A stretch of 64,000 nt of DNA from Gonapodya sp. JEL0774. Lineage: Eukaryota. Below, piece after piece: positions 46,267-60,106 of this stretch. Below the pieces are notes generated by a model. That model had not been told where the DNA came from. It saw only the letters and a list, made by a program, of their open reading frames with translations, and made no database searches. The stretch spans positions 248,001-312,000 of the forward strand of contig JADIIX010000004.1 of NCBI GenBank assembly GCA_027604505.1. Direction: 5' to 3'. Each line of letters begins with the position of its first letter. The stretch's first letter is position 1. The translations under genes and the position numbers were made by a program.

Positions 46267-48086
46267 TTAATCTCCATCATGTTCCTCCCTGTTCTCTGCT
46301 GATCTATTTGACCTCAACCTCAAATCATCCTCCGACGACACACTAGGATTCTGTTCACCGACCGTCCGACGAGGCTCAGCCTCATGTTGGGAACTGTTTG
46401 CGTCTCGACCTTCTTCCTCACCATTAGCACTACTATTGGCATCCGACGTTGGCTGTCTCCGCCAACCGTCCACCTGTGGTGCCGGTCCTCCAACCAGATG
46501 TGCTAACCCAACTGCTCCCAGAACCCGAGAAACGAATCCCAGTAGCACACCCGCGGGGTTCCTGGGTTGCACCTCATTCTGGGGACCGTTCCCGGCGGCT
46601 GCGATTCCCACACCAACTGCAGCACCCAACCCATACCCTAATGTCCCTCCCACATCCGTGTGCTCGGGAACGAAAATTGGATCTACTCCCGCCGCATCCA
46701 GCGTGGCGAATGGGTCCACATTTGTTCGACGCCCCGCGATGAGTGAGTCAACGAGGTTACGGAACGGCGTTGGAGCCTTAAAGAGGGACCACTCTTCACC
46801 TGGGAGAGGCGGAGGAAGACCGGCGGCGCGGCGGCGCTCGTCTAACACATGAGGCCTGTTCAGATAGGTGGAAGGTTATTTTGATGAACTAGGCAGGATA
46901 TATTTCCGACACCCGAGTCTCGTTACGATTGAAATAAACTTACCACACGTCCTCGGCCCAGAAGTAAACGTGCGCTACCGCCATACCCACCAAGTCCCCA
47001 ACAGGCCACTGATTTCCCACAAATATCGAAAATCCAGCCAACACAAAGGGGAGGTATGGAGCAGTGAAATTGAAAAGACCAAAGAAACTCATGCGGACGT
47101 AGGGATTGCGGCGGGACCAAAGGTACACGATGAAGGAGGTGAGCGTGTGGCCAAGAAAAATGAGAGTGGGGGAAATTATATGGGCGATAAGCTGTACAAT
47201 GTGGCAGAGTAGCGAAAGATCAGCTTCTGTACTCCATCCACCAGGGAGTTAGAGAGCGACTTCACGTTTCACAGGGACCAAACCTTCAATAAAGCATGTC
47301 CCACTTCCGTTTTGACGGGGATATCGTTTTCAATGAGCATCTCTTCTGTCGGTCGCTCACGCCCTTTACAAAAGTTCCACTTTGTGGGAGCAGGCTCGAA
47401 CATTGAGCACGCCGTCTAACTCAATGACTTTCCTCGCGCGGACATGCGCGACTCTTCGGAACACATCAGTACTGGTGACTCACAGAGATTGCAGTCATAG
47501 CATACAGTAACATCCAGACAAAATCAGCAGTTCTGGATCGGAAGCTTTCTTCCTCGAGCGCTCTAAAATTGCGCAGAAGAAAAAACATATTGAACATTAC
47601 ATCGACGGAAAGTGGGCCAAAGTACAGGAAAGATGTGAAGAGTCGATGATACTTGTCGAACACCAACATTCCGGTTCAGATATCAACAGAGAAGAGACAA
47701 AGCGTCAGCACCAAAGGCACGAAAGAGTTCGCTACAATCACCAAATGCGAACCTGGCCACCCTTCCAAATGAGGTCTGGATTGAAGTAAAGGTGGAACGG
47801 GGAAATCCACTTCACCTCCTTTGAAGCGAAATATCAGGCATCAGAAGAAAGAGCACTGGTAAGATTTAAGTGCAACATCGAAGCAGAGACCATACTTTGA
47901 ATATGCCGATCCGTCGAATCCGCTCTGAATAGCTCTGAATGACTAGATGACACAGTTCGCGAACATTTGCGATTGGCTACTCACACAGGCGAGCATGGTA
48001 ATGACCGCCGCAGTGACGTAAGACCTCGTTAGAATCGGTATATCAAAATACCACTGCTCGAGTGGAAACGCGCGGCCTTCGTCCAT
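46267..48086 (-). CDS. Derlin (Der1/Derlin-2-like ERAD rhomboid pseudoprotease)
   Basis: [56 protein letters not shown] and [12 protein letters not shown]. Confidence 0.92.
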
Positions 48087-48717
48087 CGTTGTTCAGTGCT
48101 GATCGGGATTCGCAAGAAGCCGTTGGATGCTGTGGTCACTGCCAGGAGCGTGAACCACATACTGTGACGGCTCTTCGTTCCAGCACGTCGACGGCGTCAA
48201 CGACAATTCTTGGGAAGATGTGAGATGTTGAGGGCACTGGGGATGTGAATGACTGAAATGAATGACCCCATATTATGTAGCCTTTTCTGAAACAAATTTA
48301 CGTTGTATGGTGATTAAGTCTCGCCACGATCAGCTGTTTTGTTTAGTTGGAGTCGTGCCAAGGCCCCGTCAAACTCATCCCCGCTATTACTCAGTGAATG
48401 GATGATGACATTGAGCTGAACACGATGATATGCGCAAGGATTGGACGCGATAATCTTGCATAATTGGATAACATGCATAATGGTTGTTCAGATTATATTA
48501 TGCATTCCACATATATATCCCTTGTCTCCTCAAAAAATCGCCACCTTCCTTTCGCCTCAGCGAATATCCTCCACAAGCGAGCCAATCCTACTCACATTCT
48601 GTTCTGGTTTCCAAGCCCGGAATGAACTGAGTGGCCTCGCAAGGCCATTGAGTCCCTTGCTAACTCGCACAGACATTGGCGCGCTAGTCGGGGGGGACAC
48701 TGGAAACTGTTCTTCAA

Positions 48718-50368
48718 TGTTCAAAAGCAACAAGGGAAAGCGCGAGCGCAGAGCGCTCGAAGAGAAACCCGCACAACACTCTCAAAAGGTTTGGATTTTC
48801 TGTTTCTGTCGAGCTGAGCTCAATCACGCGTTGCTGATACCCATTCGGAACAGTTATCATTGTGGTCGCTCTTCCCTGGATTTCGGAAGAGCGACAAAAA
48901 CGAGCATCCTTCGCGCCCACTTTGGGGAACGCTTAGCTTTCTTGGTCTCAGTTCGACATCAGAGGCTGCTGCGGAAAAGCAGTCTCGAGCCTCCGCAGTT
49001 CCTGTGCCCAGAGCACTCCAACACCCCCCCCCTTCACTTCCACAGTTTCCACACTGGGCCAACAGTAATTCATCACCTCTCCATTATCCGCATACTTCGG
49101 CAACCGATTATGCACTCGTGCGACCCCGAAGTTCCTCTCCGTTGCCCACCACACGACCTCCTGGAAAACTCTTCCCCGCGTCGTCCACACAAACTACTTT
49201 GTTGCCAGATTTCAAGATTGAAGCAATAACGTTCACCGAGATCTGGCAAACGGTTGAAGCAAAAGTGGTTTTCACAGATTGTGGAGAAGCCGACCATATT
49301 TCCATCACCGGACGACGAAGTGTGATACGCTCGCGTCAAAGCTGGTACCCTCGAGACGATACGCCCCATCATTTTTCTTCAACTTTTCATCGAAATCGCC
49401 GGCGGCTGGCAGGCATGCGAAACTCATGGGGAGTCGCGGATTCATCACTCCGTGGAGCATCTCGTGCAAGCGTACTGGAGGACGACGATGATGAGGTTGA
49501 AATTCCACTCTCACCTATACCATTTGAGGGGGATGTGATTTCACCGCCGCATCGCGCATCCATCGAAATCTCCCGTCGCCCTCCAAGTGCATCGGCAGGT
49601 AGAAATGCCTCAAACCAATTTTCTTCTACATCGTATGATATCAAGGTGTATGATGATGCGGAGGATCTTACGACTCAAATGTATACAGGTTTGTGTTTAC
49701 TGGCTTTCAGTGCCACGGTTTTGTTTTTAGAGCCTTGAGTTCAATTTCATCCTCTTTCGTCCATTTTGCAATCAAACGCGAACTATGATGCAGTAACCTC
49801 TCCGAAGAAAGTTCTCGAATCAGAAACACGAAGTCGGAGCCGAACGTCCACACGGCAGTGGCCCCGTAAGTAGTGGATGAGTTCGACCTTTCGCTCTTGC
49901 CACTTAAAGCACGATATGCAACACATAGGGATCTCTCATGCAGCCATTGCATCGCCGGCTCCGTCTTTGGACTTAGAGCGAGAACGCTCTCGAGCAGCCA
50001 TGTCTCGTGCGGTCGAGATTTCTCCGCTATCAGCGCCGCGGATTGATGATCCACAGCCAACCGCATCTCGCGCGTTCGAGGCATCTCGAACGCCATCTCC
50101 AAACGTCGAGGAAGACCGCCTGCAAAGGGCTCTTTCTCCGATGAGTTCGGAATCGCCCGTATCATCCTGGAGCACGTCACCTCAGAGACAACGGCCAGGA
50201 ACGGCCCCCCGAGGTCCTAGGCCTCAGGTCATTTTGGAACCAACATCGTATTCGTTGCAATTTGGACAAAAGCGCCAACAAATGGGGCACTCACCGCGAG
50301 GCCCAAGGCCAGCTCCATTTCCAGAAGAGCAGCGTCTTTCGAAAAGGCCCTTCGTTAACCCTTATTGA
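48718..50368 (+). CDS. Hypothetical Ser/Arg/Pro-rich disordered protein (exon structure uncertain)
   Basis: Consecutive same-strand ORFs 48860-49738 and 49877-50368 with plausible splice sites. No domain recognised. Confidence 0.45.
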
Positions 50369-50486
50369 AAATAGTTTGAAGTTTTGAGAACATTGTTTGG
50401 GTACCAACACAAGTGAAGCTGTTCGCCATAGGAGTGCAATTATTTTTTGTTGGGGGGGATTTCACTTATTATATACGTCAATGCAT

Positions 50487-53400
50487 TCATTTCACTTGGT
50501 AATTCCATTCGCCGACAAACTCCCTCGCGTTTGCAAACATTCGTGCCCAAGGACCAGTTTCCTTCCAACCCCAGCCCAGTTGCCAGCCTGAATTGTTGGA
50601 ACCTGAAACTTCCTCTTTCCAAGAGTTGGATGTCGCCTTGACGCACCGCTCCGGGTGTGGCATAATGATCGTCACCCGTCCACTTTTGTTAGTAATGCCT
50701 GTCATTCCCATTGGGCTTCCGTTAGGATTATATGGATACCGCTCAGTTGGAGATCCATAATTGTCCACAAATCGTAACGAAACAAGGTCGTTCGAGACCA
50801 CATACTCCAAATCTTCAGTTGATGCGAACTCTACCCGTCCCTCGCCGTGGGCGACTGCGACGGGGAGTCGGGTGCCCGCCATATTGCGGAAAAAGATGCT
50901 TGGAGAGTGGGTGATCTCAACCATTGCTACGCGACCCTCAAACTGTTCTGACTTGTTCCGCACAAAGTTTGGCCACCGGATCGCGGATGGTTCCGCTGTT
51001 TGTTCAAGGGAATCCTCGTCATCATCGCAAATCAATTCCTTCATAACACTCATCATTTGACAGCCGTTGCATACTCCCAGTGCGAAAGTGGTTTTGCGAG
51101 CGAAGAACCGTGTGAACTCCGTTCTCGCTCGAGAATTCAGCAAGACGCTCTTCGCCCAGCCGGCGCCAGCACCCAAGACGTCGCCATATGAAAATCCTCC
51201 ACAAGCCACCAAACCGGAAAAATTGTCCAAGCTGACCTTCCCGGCGAGAATTTCAGACATATGCACATCAATTGGTTGAAAACCCGCCCTCAGGAACGAG
51301 TCCGCCATTTCAATGTGACCATTGACGCCTTGCTCCCGGAGTATAGCTACAGGCGGCCGATTAACATTCGGACTGAATGCAAAAGGAACCACAGTCGTTG
51401 GATCGTACTCAGAAAAGGTGAGGTGGGAATGGATACCAGGGTCGGAAGCATCTAGAATCGAGTCGTATTCCTGATCCGCACAGAGAGGATTGTCCCGAAG
51501 TCGCTGAATTCTATGTGAGGTCCAACTCCACAAACGTTGCAAAGCAATGCGCTGCTCCTGGAGTATGATAGTGTTGCCGACTCGAAAGGTCACCTTGTCA
51601 TCCGCAGCTGGTCGACCAACGACATGAATAGCTCCACCGATGAAGAGACTCGGGAAATGCTTCTTTAAGAGGCTGAGTTTCGATTCCGGAAGCTGAACTA
51701 CGCATCCGAGCTCCTCAGCAAACAAGTGGGCAGCCAGACTGTCAATGTTTTGGCTATCGACTTCTCCGAGAACCGACTCCAGCTGTACGTCCACTCCAAT
51801 CCGTCCTGCAAATGACATTTCTGCAATGGTGACAAAGAGCCCCCCGTCGCTAACATCATGATATGCCATGAGTACTGGCCGCTTGTCACCAGCCCACTCT
51901 TCCCGTGTCTCTTCTTTCAGTCGTTGCAGACCGCTAAACAACTCCTTCAGATAGTCCACATTCTCTAAATCTGGAGTTTCCGAGCTCCCAATCTGTGAGT
52001 ACACCTGCGCGAGGCATGAACCGCCAAGACGCTTCTTGCGGGACGCCAGGTCTATGTAAACAAGAACAGTTTCATTGATAGGAGCGGACCGACCCCGACC
52101 AGAAGAACTTGTGAACGTCTTTAAGTCAGGCGACACAGTCTTTCGCACATCGTCCACACCTCCGTAACCCGTAACGTTCAGGGTGACAGGAGCGGTGGCA
52201 CTTTTACTCTCCGCAGTCACTTTGTCTTTCCATTTTGTCGCCATGCTCATGGAGTCCTTCCCGACAGGAACCGCAATCCCTAGTTTTGGGCATAAGTCCA
52301 TACCAACAGCCTCAACAGCGTCCCACAACCTAGCACCCTCATCACCGTGAGATGCAGCACACATCCAGTTGCAGGAGAGGCGAATTGCAGAAGTCCCCGT
52401 CTTGATGTACGCAGAGGCCAAGTTCATCACGGCTTCCGCCACTGCCATACGCGCTGACGCAGCGGGGTCTGTGAGTGCACTCATAGGACGTTCGCCAAGA
52501 CCCATGGCGTAGCCCGTAAAGCCAACGTAGCTTGTTGATGTGACCGAACAGTCCGCGACCGGTGTTTGCCAAGGGCCCACCATTTGATCTCGGGCGACAA
52601 GACCAGAAACTGTGCGGTCGCCGATAGTAATAAGAAATGTCTTTGCAGCCACTGTCGGGAGGAGAAGAAGCCGACGTGCTGCGGCTGTGAGAATCGCACG
52701 CGGGGTAAGAAGAGAAGGGAATAGTTCAACAACAGGAAGATTCATGTTGCTATCGTCGGCCAATCGGGGGAGAGTAGACTCGAACTTGACAGCCTCGACG
52801 AGACTGAATGCCCCTGTTCTGGTCTTCCTCCGAGAAACTTCTCTACGCATTTTAGGAGGTTTTCCGAACAGAATGTCCATGTCCATATCGACCACGTTCT
52901 GACCTAACAAACTATCTGTCACCACGATGCGCTCCTCAGCAGTGGCGACTCCAACCACCGCAAACAAAGCACGTTCGCGTTCACAGATCGAGCTGAAAAG
53001 ATCCACGGATGTCGGTGGGATCGCCAGAACGTATCTGCAAAAGACAGTGGTCAAATCTCAACCCATTAATAATGTGACACAAACACACCTCTCCTGGCTC
53101 TCGTTGCACCAAATTTCCATTGGGCTCATGCCCTCGTCCAGACTGAGGACCTTGCGAATCTCAATGAGAGCTCCGACATCCGAGTCATGCACAAGTTCTG
53201 GCATTGCATTGGAGAGGCCACCAGCACCAACATCATGCACAGAGAGAATGGGGTTTCCGGGCCCCAGTGCGGTGCAAGCATCGATGACCTGCGACAATAG
53301 TCTTCAAGGGGATGGATGAAATTCTCTGATACCTTAGACCCACCTCTTGCGCCCTCCGCTGCATCTCTGGGTTGTCCCTCTGAACGCTTCTGTAGTCGAG

Positions 53401-55474
53401 CTCCTCCCTGCCTTCACTTAGTCCACTTTTTTCTGAGCTCGCTGCACCACCACCAAGTCCGATCAACATAGCTGGTCCACCAAGAACGACAAGCAAAGAT
53501 CCGGGGGGGATTTTCTTTTTGTGCGTGTGTTGCGGCCGAACAGTACCCAGACCTCCCGCAAGCATAATTGGTTTGTGATATCCACGAAATTCACCATCAG
53601 CGAGTCCACCCATGGTGCGGAAGTATCCCGTGATCGCAGGCCGACCAAATTCATCATTGAACGCAGCGGCACCCAAAGGACCATGAATCATAATATCAAG
53701 GGCGGACTTGACTGTCGCGGAACGTCCGTACTCCAGTTCCTGTCGCTCCCAGGGGAGGACGGCGTTTGGAAGTAAGAGGTTGGAGACAGAGAAACCGGCC
53801 AGACCGGAAATAGGGTGGGAGCCCATTCCGACGGCTCCTTCGTCGCGGATCTCACCGCCAGAGCCCGTTGAGGCTCCTGGGTAGGGTGAAACGGCCGTCG
53901 GGTGGTTGTGTGTTTCAACCTAGGCCGATGGTGTTGGCTCCTGATCACAAACAGAGCGACACCTCAAAGTCAAAGCAGCATTCCTACCTTAACAACCACG
54001 TACACATCTTCTTCCACTCTTTTGTACTTGTGCTCGTCCGTAGAGTCGACAAGAAACCTAGAGTGCATCGAACATCGCGAATTGCAGATAATAAGAGAGA
54101 CATGAGACGTCTTGCTTGGATTGCTCGAACGCTCACTTAACGCTTCTTCCACCGACCCCTTCTAAAACAGCAGCGTTATCCGAGTATGCGCTCACAACCC
54201 CGTGAGGTGCTAGGTTGTACGTATTCCGAATCATGTCGAACAAACTCCTGTGCTTTCTCTTCCCTGCCTGGTCGAGGGAACTCTCCAACTCCTCTTTCCT
54301 CTCTCCATCAATAATCCACTCCGCGCGGAATATTTTGTGACGGCAGTGTTCTGAGTTCACTTGGGCGAACATGACAAGCTCGGCATCGGTGGGTGCTCTG
54401 ACTCGGCCCTGCGCGTCTGGATGACGAAGGAAGGCATCCGCAAGATATGCAATCTCGTCAGGAGCGAGAGCAAGACCCCACGACGTATTGGCCTCAGAAA
54501 GGACTTGGAGTGCGTTGGGGAGATGGGCGTCGACTTCGGCATTAGAGATGGTAGAGGTAGGGACAAGGGAGAGTGATTTTAAGGGCCGGGGCTCGCCTGG
54601 CAATTCACACGAGGAGAGAGGTGTGAGCTGGGAACGACGAACGGCAAAGAGATAGCCAGCGACTTTGGCCCGCCCACTAAATCGCCTAGCAATGTAACAA
54701 AATGCTTCCTCTTTCCTGTGGGTGGTCCCTATGCCAGTTTCCCGCATAGGCAGAAAGATTGCAACTCTCACCCCTTCCAAACACTGTCTCTTCCACATTG
54801 GCCGTAGACCCCTCACTACCACCTAAAAAGTCGTCAACGTCATCCACAACAGTTTGAGTCATGCGGTCGTGGAGTAAATCAGACCAAACCAGGTGCGGGT
54901 TGAAAGTTGTTATGCCATTGGTACTACTTGTTGTGGTGAGCGCGTTTAGAGGGGTCAATTCGTCGAGCTCCCTCGGAGCAAGATGAACAATCCACAGAAC
55001 ACCACGCTCAATCCTCGAAACGAAATTTTTGAGACCACAGATGTGAGCAATGTCGGTTGCCTTGGAAGACCATGGGGAGATGGTACCAGGGCGAGGAATA
55101 ACAAGGCGAGGGAGAACAGAGGGCGGTAGAGGATGTGTAGGGAGGTTTCGTTGTGAGTCTTGACCAATTGAACTTGCGGCAATTCCCCGAAGTGATTGCA
55201 GGACCAGACCGTCAGATGGGTGACGGAGTGTGTTGGCCTGAGCATCTCCATATCGAAGGAGTCGCCGCAATATGTCAATGTTCGCGTTCCATTGCTGTGT
55301 TCCAAGAAGAGCGGTCGCTTGAGAGGTGAGCTTGACAAAGTGGACGTAGTATGCAGAGACATCAGCGGGCTCGGAGTGTCTGAGAGGCCACCGGGCGGAG
55401 AGCTCCGAGAGAGCAGCGCCACGGCGAAAATCCGAGAGAGTAGAGCACCCCGGGATCGTGAGCATGGACGGCAT
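50487..55474 (-). CDS. ADE6: Phosphoribosylformylglycinamidine synthase (FGAM synthase, large PurL)
   Basis: [71 protein letters not shown] and MPHPER. Confidence 0.97.
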
Positions 55475-56419
55475 CACTCGAAAGTTTGATGTGGACGGGA
55501 TGTCAAGTCTGATAGGACGAGTATGGAAAGATTTCAGTTAGGTTTGGTTAACCTGTGCTATCGCGCGAAACACAAAACATAGAGAGCCGCAAAGGAGCAA
55601 ATGCATGAGCTATGAGAGACTTCGGGGTGGAAACTAGAGGTCGTGACTTTCCCCATACACCATGGAAAGGTGAAGATTGCTCATCTCGTGTACAGATTCA
55701 AACAACCTCCTCGAAGGCCCCTGGAGTTCGATGGCAATTGGAGGTGGACGTGTTTCACAAAGTACACTCACACCCAGGGATTCTTGGCCGGTATTGGTTC
55801 CCAAAGGAAACGGATGTGGTTGAAGAAGGAATGGATAATTAGTTGACCGTGCCACAGTTCCGTGCAGTTTCAGAAATCCCAGACACACCAGACACAAACA
55901 CTCATATTCACACACTTCCACTTCTATCTTCTCATGAACCTTTTCGACCTTGTTGGGTCTCCACGGGTCGCCTCCGAAGCTCTCAATGTCTGCGATGATC
56001 TCATCATCACCGAGTTTGCTTCGACTCCATCCGGAACGCTCTCAGACCTGTACATAACACGCGCATGCCGGACATGGTGTAAACGACTCTCCAAATCTTG
56101 CTAATATCACCACTTCTGGCGTACATGATGAACATCAGGTAGCCCACGGCATACAGAAAAGCTGTAGCCCATCCTCGGTTCATTTTCCTGAAGTTCTCAT
56201 TCATAAGGAGTACACATGTTCTCTGTCTCAAACAGGAAATAAACAAATAGTATAAAAACTGACCGGACATGGGGACAACAAAGCTTTGGTCATCCCAGCC
56301 GCCTGAAATCATGACTCATGTTCGCTGACTGTGTCTCCCGCCACATAAAAGGGGGGCTCGTTCCATACATCATCAAACAATCATCCACCAATAAAGCTTC
56401 AAAGAACACTATCATTGTC

Positions 56420-57418
56420 ATGAGCGTCAATCTCAATTCGCAAATACAGTCACATTTGCGTCCTCCACTTCATGCAGACATGGCAGCAGCCTCAAAGGGT
56501 TCGGATTCCTACTTCAACTGGTATGTCCCAGATTGTAGATTATTTGGGAAGAATCTTCCGCTAATGTTCCACCCTCTCCGCTTGGTGCCTCACTGTATGG
56601 CCTTCTTATATCATGGGAAGGTTGGACCATACGTCTGGAATGATTGGAGGAAGAATCTACATAGCTGGTGGGTTTTCGAGAGAATCATCCTATACATTGA
56701 AGTACAAGAAAATCCTCACATTTCATTCCAGGTCAAGTTCCCTGCAAAGGAGTTTCGCTAGAGTCGTGCACCAGAAATGGTCTGGATGCAGCACCTTACC
56801 CAAGAGCATATGCCCGTCGCCACACAATTGCGCTGTCAAATCCAGCTTCTCACAAGCACGTGGAGACCTACGGATCACCTTCCAAGAATCGTACCACGTC
56901 GATGCTCCTCCTTCCAACCGAAATACAGAGTACCCCAACCCCTTCACCTCCCGCAACATCATCTCCGAGCCACGAACCCGTTCTGATCAGGAGAATATCT
57001 GTCGGTGCGGGAGTACTAACTGGTAAGTTGCTTCAACCGCGTAGCTCCTCGCACGCCAAACTAATCAACAACTCCAGAGGGCATGATCGTCCCAGACGTG
57101 ACCGCAACTGCGATTGTTCTCCAGGAACAGCAGCACCCCGAGATGCACACACTACTCAACTCGGCAGTTCCCACGCCTCCTCCGCGGGCAGGTTCGCCCA
57201 CACTCCGTTCCGACCCCGGCACAGAGACCGCTCACCAAGACGACTCAATCTGCACTACCAGTGTGTTTTCACCGATGGCTATTGCCGCTTCGGACGAGGG
57301 TCATTGGATTCGGGACTCGGGTGTTGATTTTGACAAGACACTCGCGGACATCAAGGAGAAAAGCGTAAGCTTGGGGTGGGCGAACTGGCAAAGCTATGCG
57401 CATAGACACTTCTTGTAG
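56420..57418 (+). CDS. Hypothetical protein (low complexity; exon structure unresolved)
   Basis: Several short + strand ORFs with GT-AG candidates and one kelch-like stretch, HTSGMIGGRIYIAGG. I could not join the reading frames with confidence. Confidence 0.3.
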
Positions 57419-57692
57419 CGAGAGTGTACGTTGGAGAGAGGGGAGAAGCGAGTCTCCCTGGGACTTGTGAAATACCTTCCATTTGAAGTAAACTTTTCAG
57501 CTTCTGCTTCGAGCTGGACTGCCATCCAGCCTCTGTATTTTCATAGCAATTTATCAATCTCACACGGGAAAGTTTTGCAAAGATTTGGTGTTTGCGTGGA
57601 TACATATTGGTGGTGGTGATGATTCGAGGCTGGCTGGGGAATGACCGAAGGTGCACTCTGTCAGGAAAACATATCGAAAGTGCATTTCCGAA

Positions 57693-60061
57693 ATGCGAAG
57701 AGCATTGCTGGCCACAACTCTCCACGACCATCGATGCGTGCCACCAGCTCTTGATTATTGCTCCTTCTCCGGTACCATTCGTCTCGCTCGGGCAAAAACA
57801 AACTTCATCGCAACGTCTCGGCATTCAAGCTTTTCATCAACCACCAACTCTCCCTCTTCACCCACCCCTTCGCTACCGACCACACCCTCATCGCCTGGCG
57901 AGGATCTCTTTGTCCGTGATCGACGACGGACCTTCCAACGGCTGGGGGTCGATCCATACCCCCACTTTGACCGATCGTCGTTAACAAACCCACTCCAGAT
58001 ATCCGAGTTCGTGGATGCATTTGCTGGAAAATATGCTGCGGGAGAACGGGACTCTGGCAAAGTCGCGACGGTTATGGGTGCGTTTGTAGTTTGATGGTGT
58101 TGGGGATCTGTGACGACCAGGTCTACGGCGGGGTCACTCGGCGCGAGACGATGCTGATACCCTACGATTTTTAGTAACTTCACCACATGCTCCCGATTGT
58201 GCTTCGCTTTGCCTCCCCACTTTCCCACGCATTTAGGACGAATTACCGCGAAACGTGTTGCCGGCAAGGGGTCCATGTTTCTCGATATAGTGAGGGACCG
58301 ACATCGACTACAAGTTCTAGTGAATGCAAAGCATCTGAACAGTGCCGAAGAGCACAATAAATGGGAAGGGGCGCTTTTGACAGGGGATGTAATCGGTGAG
58401 CAAGCAGAAGGCAGTCGAATGCCAGAAGAGTGGCAAGCTAATCCTCGGCATTGCTAACCATGAGTGCTTTTGTTGTGATGGTGCAAATACAGAGGTTACT
58501 GGCTTCCCTGGTGTTACGCGTACAGGCGAACTGTCCGTTATCGCCACGCAAATGCGACTGCTGGTACCATGTCTAAGGCGAATCCCGAAGACACAAGGTG
58601 TGGAGGATGTTGTGAGTATTACTGCCTAAACATCAGAATACAGGAAGGCCCATTCATTTGGATCCATGATGCGGCAGAACCTGCGCCTCCGTGACCGCCC
58701 TCTTGCACTTCTCGCCTCTCGCGAGCTCTCTGACACTCTCATTCTTCGAAGCCGTACTATTTCATATATTCGCCGCTACTTTGACCAAGAGGGTTTCTTG
58801 GAGGTGGAGACTCCGATACTTTCTGCCAAAGCTGGTGGAGCGAATGCAAGGCCTTTTGTGACATGGAGCAATGGACTTGATACTGAGATGCGGATGAGGA
58901 TTGCACCGGAACTGTATTTAAAGGTATGTAGTCATCAGCTTGCTGGAGAATTCACTCTGAACCGCCGTAGCGTTGTCATTTAGCAACTGATTATTGGAGG
59001 ATTGGATCGTGTCTACGAGATTGGTAAATGCTTTCGAAACGAAGGCATTGATAGCTCTCACCTTCCTGAGTTCACATCGTGCGAATTTTACGAGGCTTTC
59101 GCGGATCTCGAGAAGTTGATGAGTCGTACTGAGGAACTGTTGTTTGGTGCGTGGATCAGCCTGATAGTGGAGCGAGGGGACGGACGAATGACTCTTTGGC
59201 TTCAATCGTGGCTGTATGTTTGCCTATTACATCAGGTCTCTCCAAGGCACTTACAGGTAGCCCCGTTGTCCACATCGAGCGGGCGACAAATCCCCCAACC
59301 GAGATCGACTTCACTCCTCCCTTCCGTCGCGTGGACGTCGTTCCTGCGCTCTCTCTAGCCCTTGGTGAACCGCTTCCTCTCCCCTCGGAATCCCTATCGG
59401 AATCTGATGCCCTCAAAGGCTTGGTCAATCTCTTGGAGAAACGTCACATACCTCGACCGAAACCGCTCACTCTTGCTAGGGTTTACGATAAGCTCATTGA
59501 AAGATATATCGAGCGAGAATGTGTGCAGCCGACGTTTCTGATTGGACACCCTGGCGTGATGTGCCCTCTTGCCAAGAGAGATCCGAAGCTGGTATGCCGG
59601 GCCGTCCTGATGGAAGAGCTGGAATCTCCCGACTTACGATTCACTTTCTCGTCGATTGGTCTTAGTTCTCCACAACCCTTCGCTTTGAGCTGTTTGTGAA
59701 CGGCGTGGAGCTAGCCAATGCGTACGCGGAGCTCAATGACCCACTTGAACAACAGTCTAGGTTTGCCGCGCAGCACATTGCCCGTGAGAGAGCACCGTCG
59801 GATTTAGTGACGACGTCCTCATTGACGGAGTTTGACGACGAAGTTCAGCCTCCCGATGAAGATTTCGTCCGTGCTCTCGAATACGGTCTTCCCCCAACGG
59901 GCGGCTGGGGTTTGGGTATCGATCGGCTGGTGATGTTGTTGGCTGGGGGGAAGGGTATCCGAGATGTGGTTGCATTCGCCGCGGTACGTCACAGGGACGT
60001 CGATAGTATACCAAGTTCCGACGTCCGAGAAACCAGCACCGGAGATAGTGTATCGGAATAA
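57693..60061 (+). CDS. Class II lysyl-tRNA synthetase, probably mitochondrial (MSK1-like)
   Basis: DPYPH, OB-fold (GDVI..TRTGELS), [40 protein letters not shown] and [17 protein letters not shown]. The N-terminus is Arg/Ser-rich and presequence-like. Confidence 0.93.
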
Positions 60062-60106
60062 TAAATATACAGTCAACACAATGAAAAGTCCTATGTAGCT
60101 CCTCAA

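Noticed and set aside
46267..48086. U12-type introns in derlin
   Set aside because: The donors I found are ordinary GTGAGT, GTTCGC and GTAAGT. I saw no (G/A)TATCCTT 5' sites.
56007..56312. 101-aa hydrophobic - strand ORF upstream of ADE6
   Set aside because: No recognisable family or supporting exon structure.
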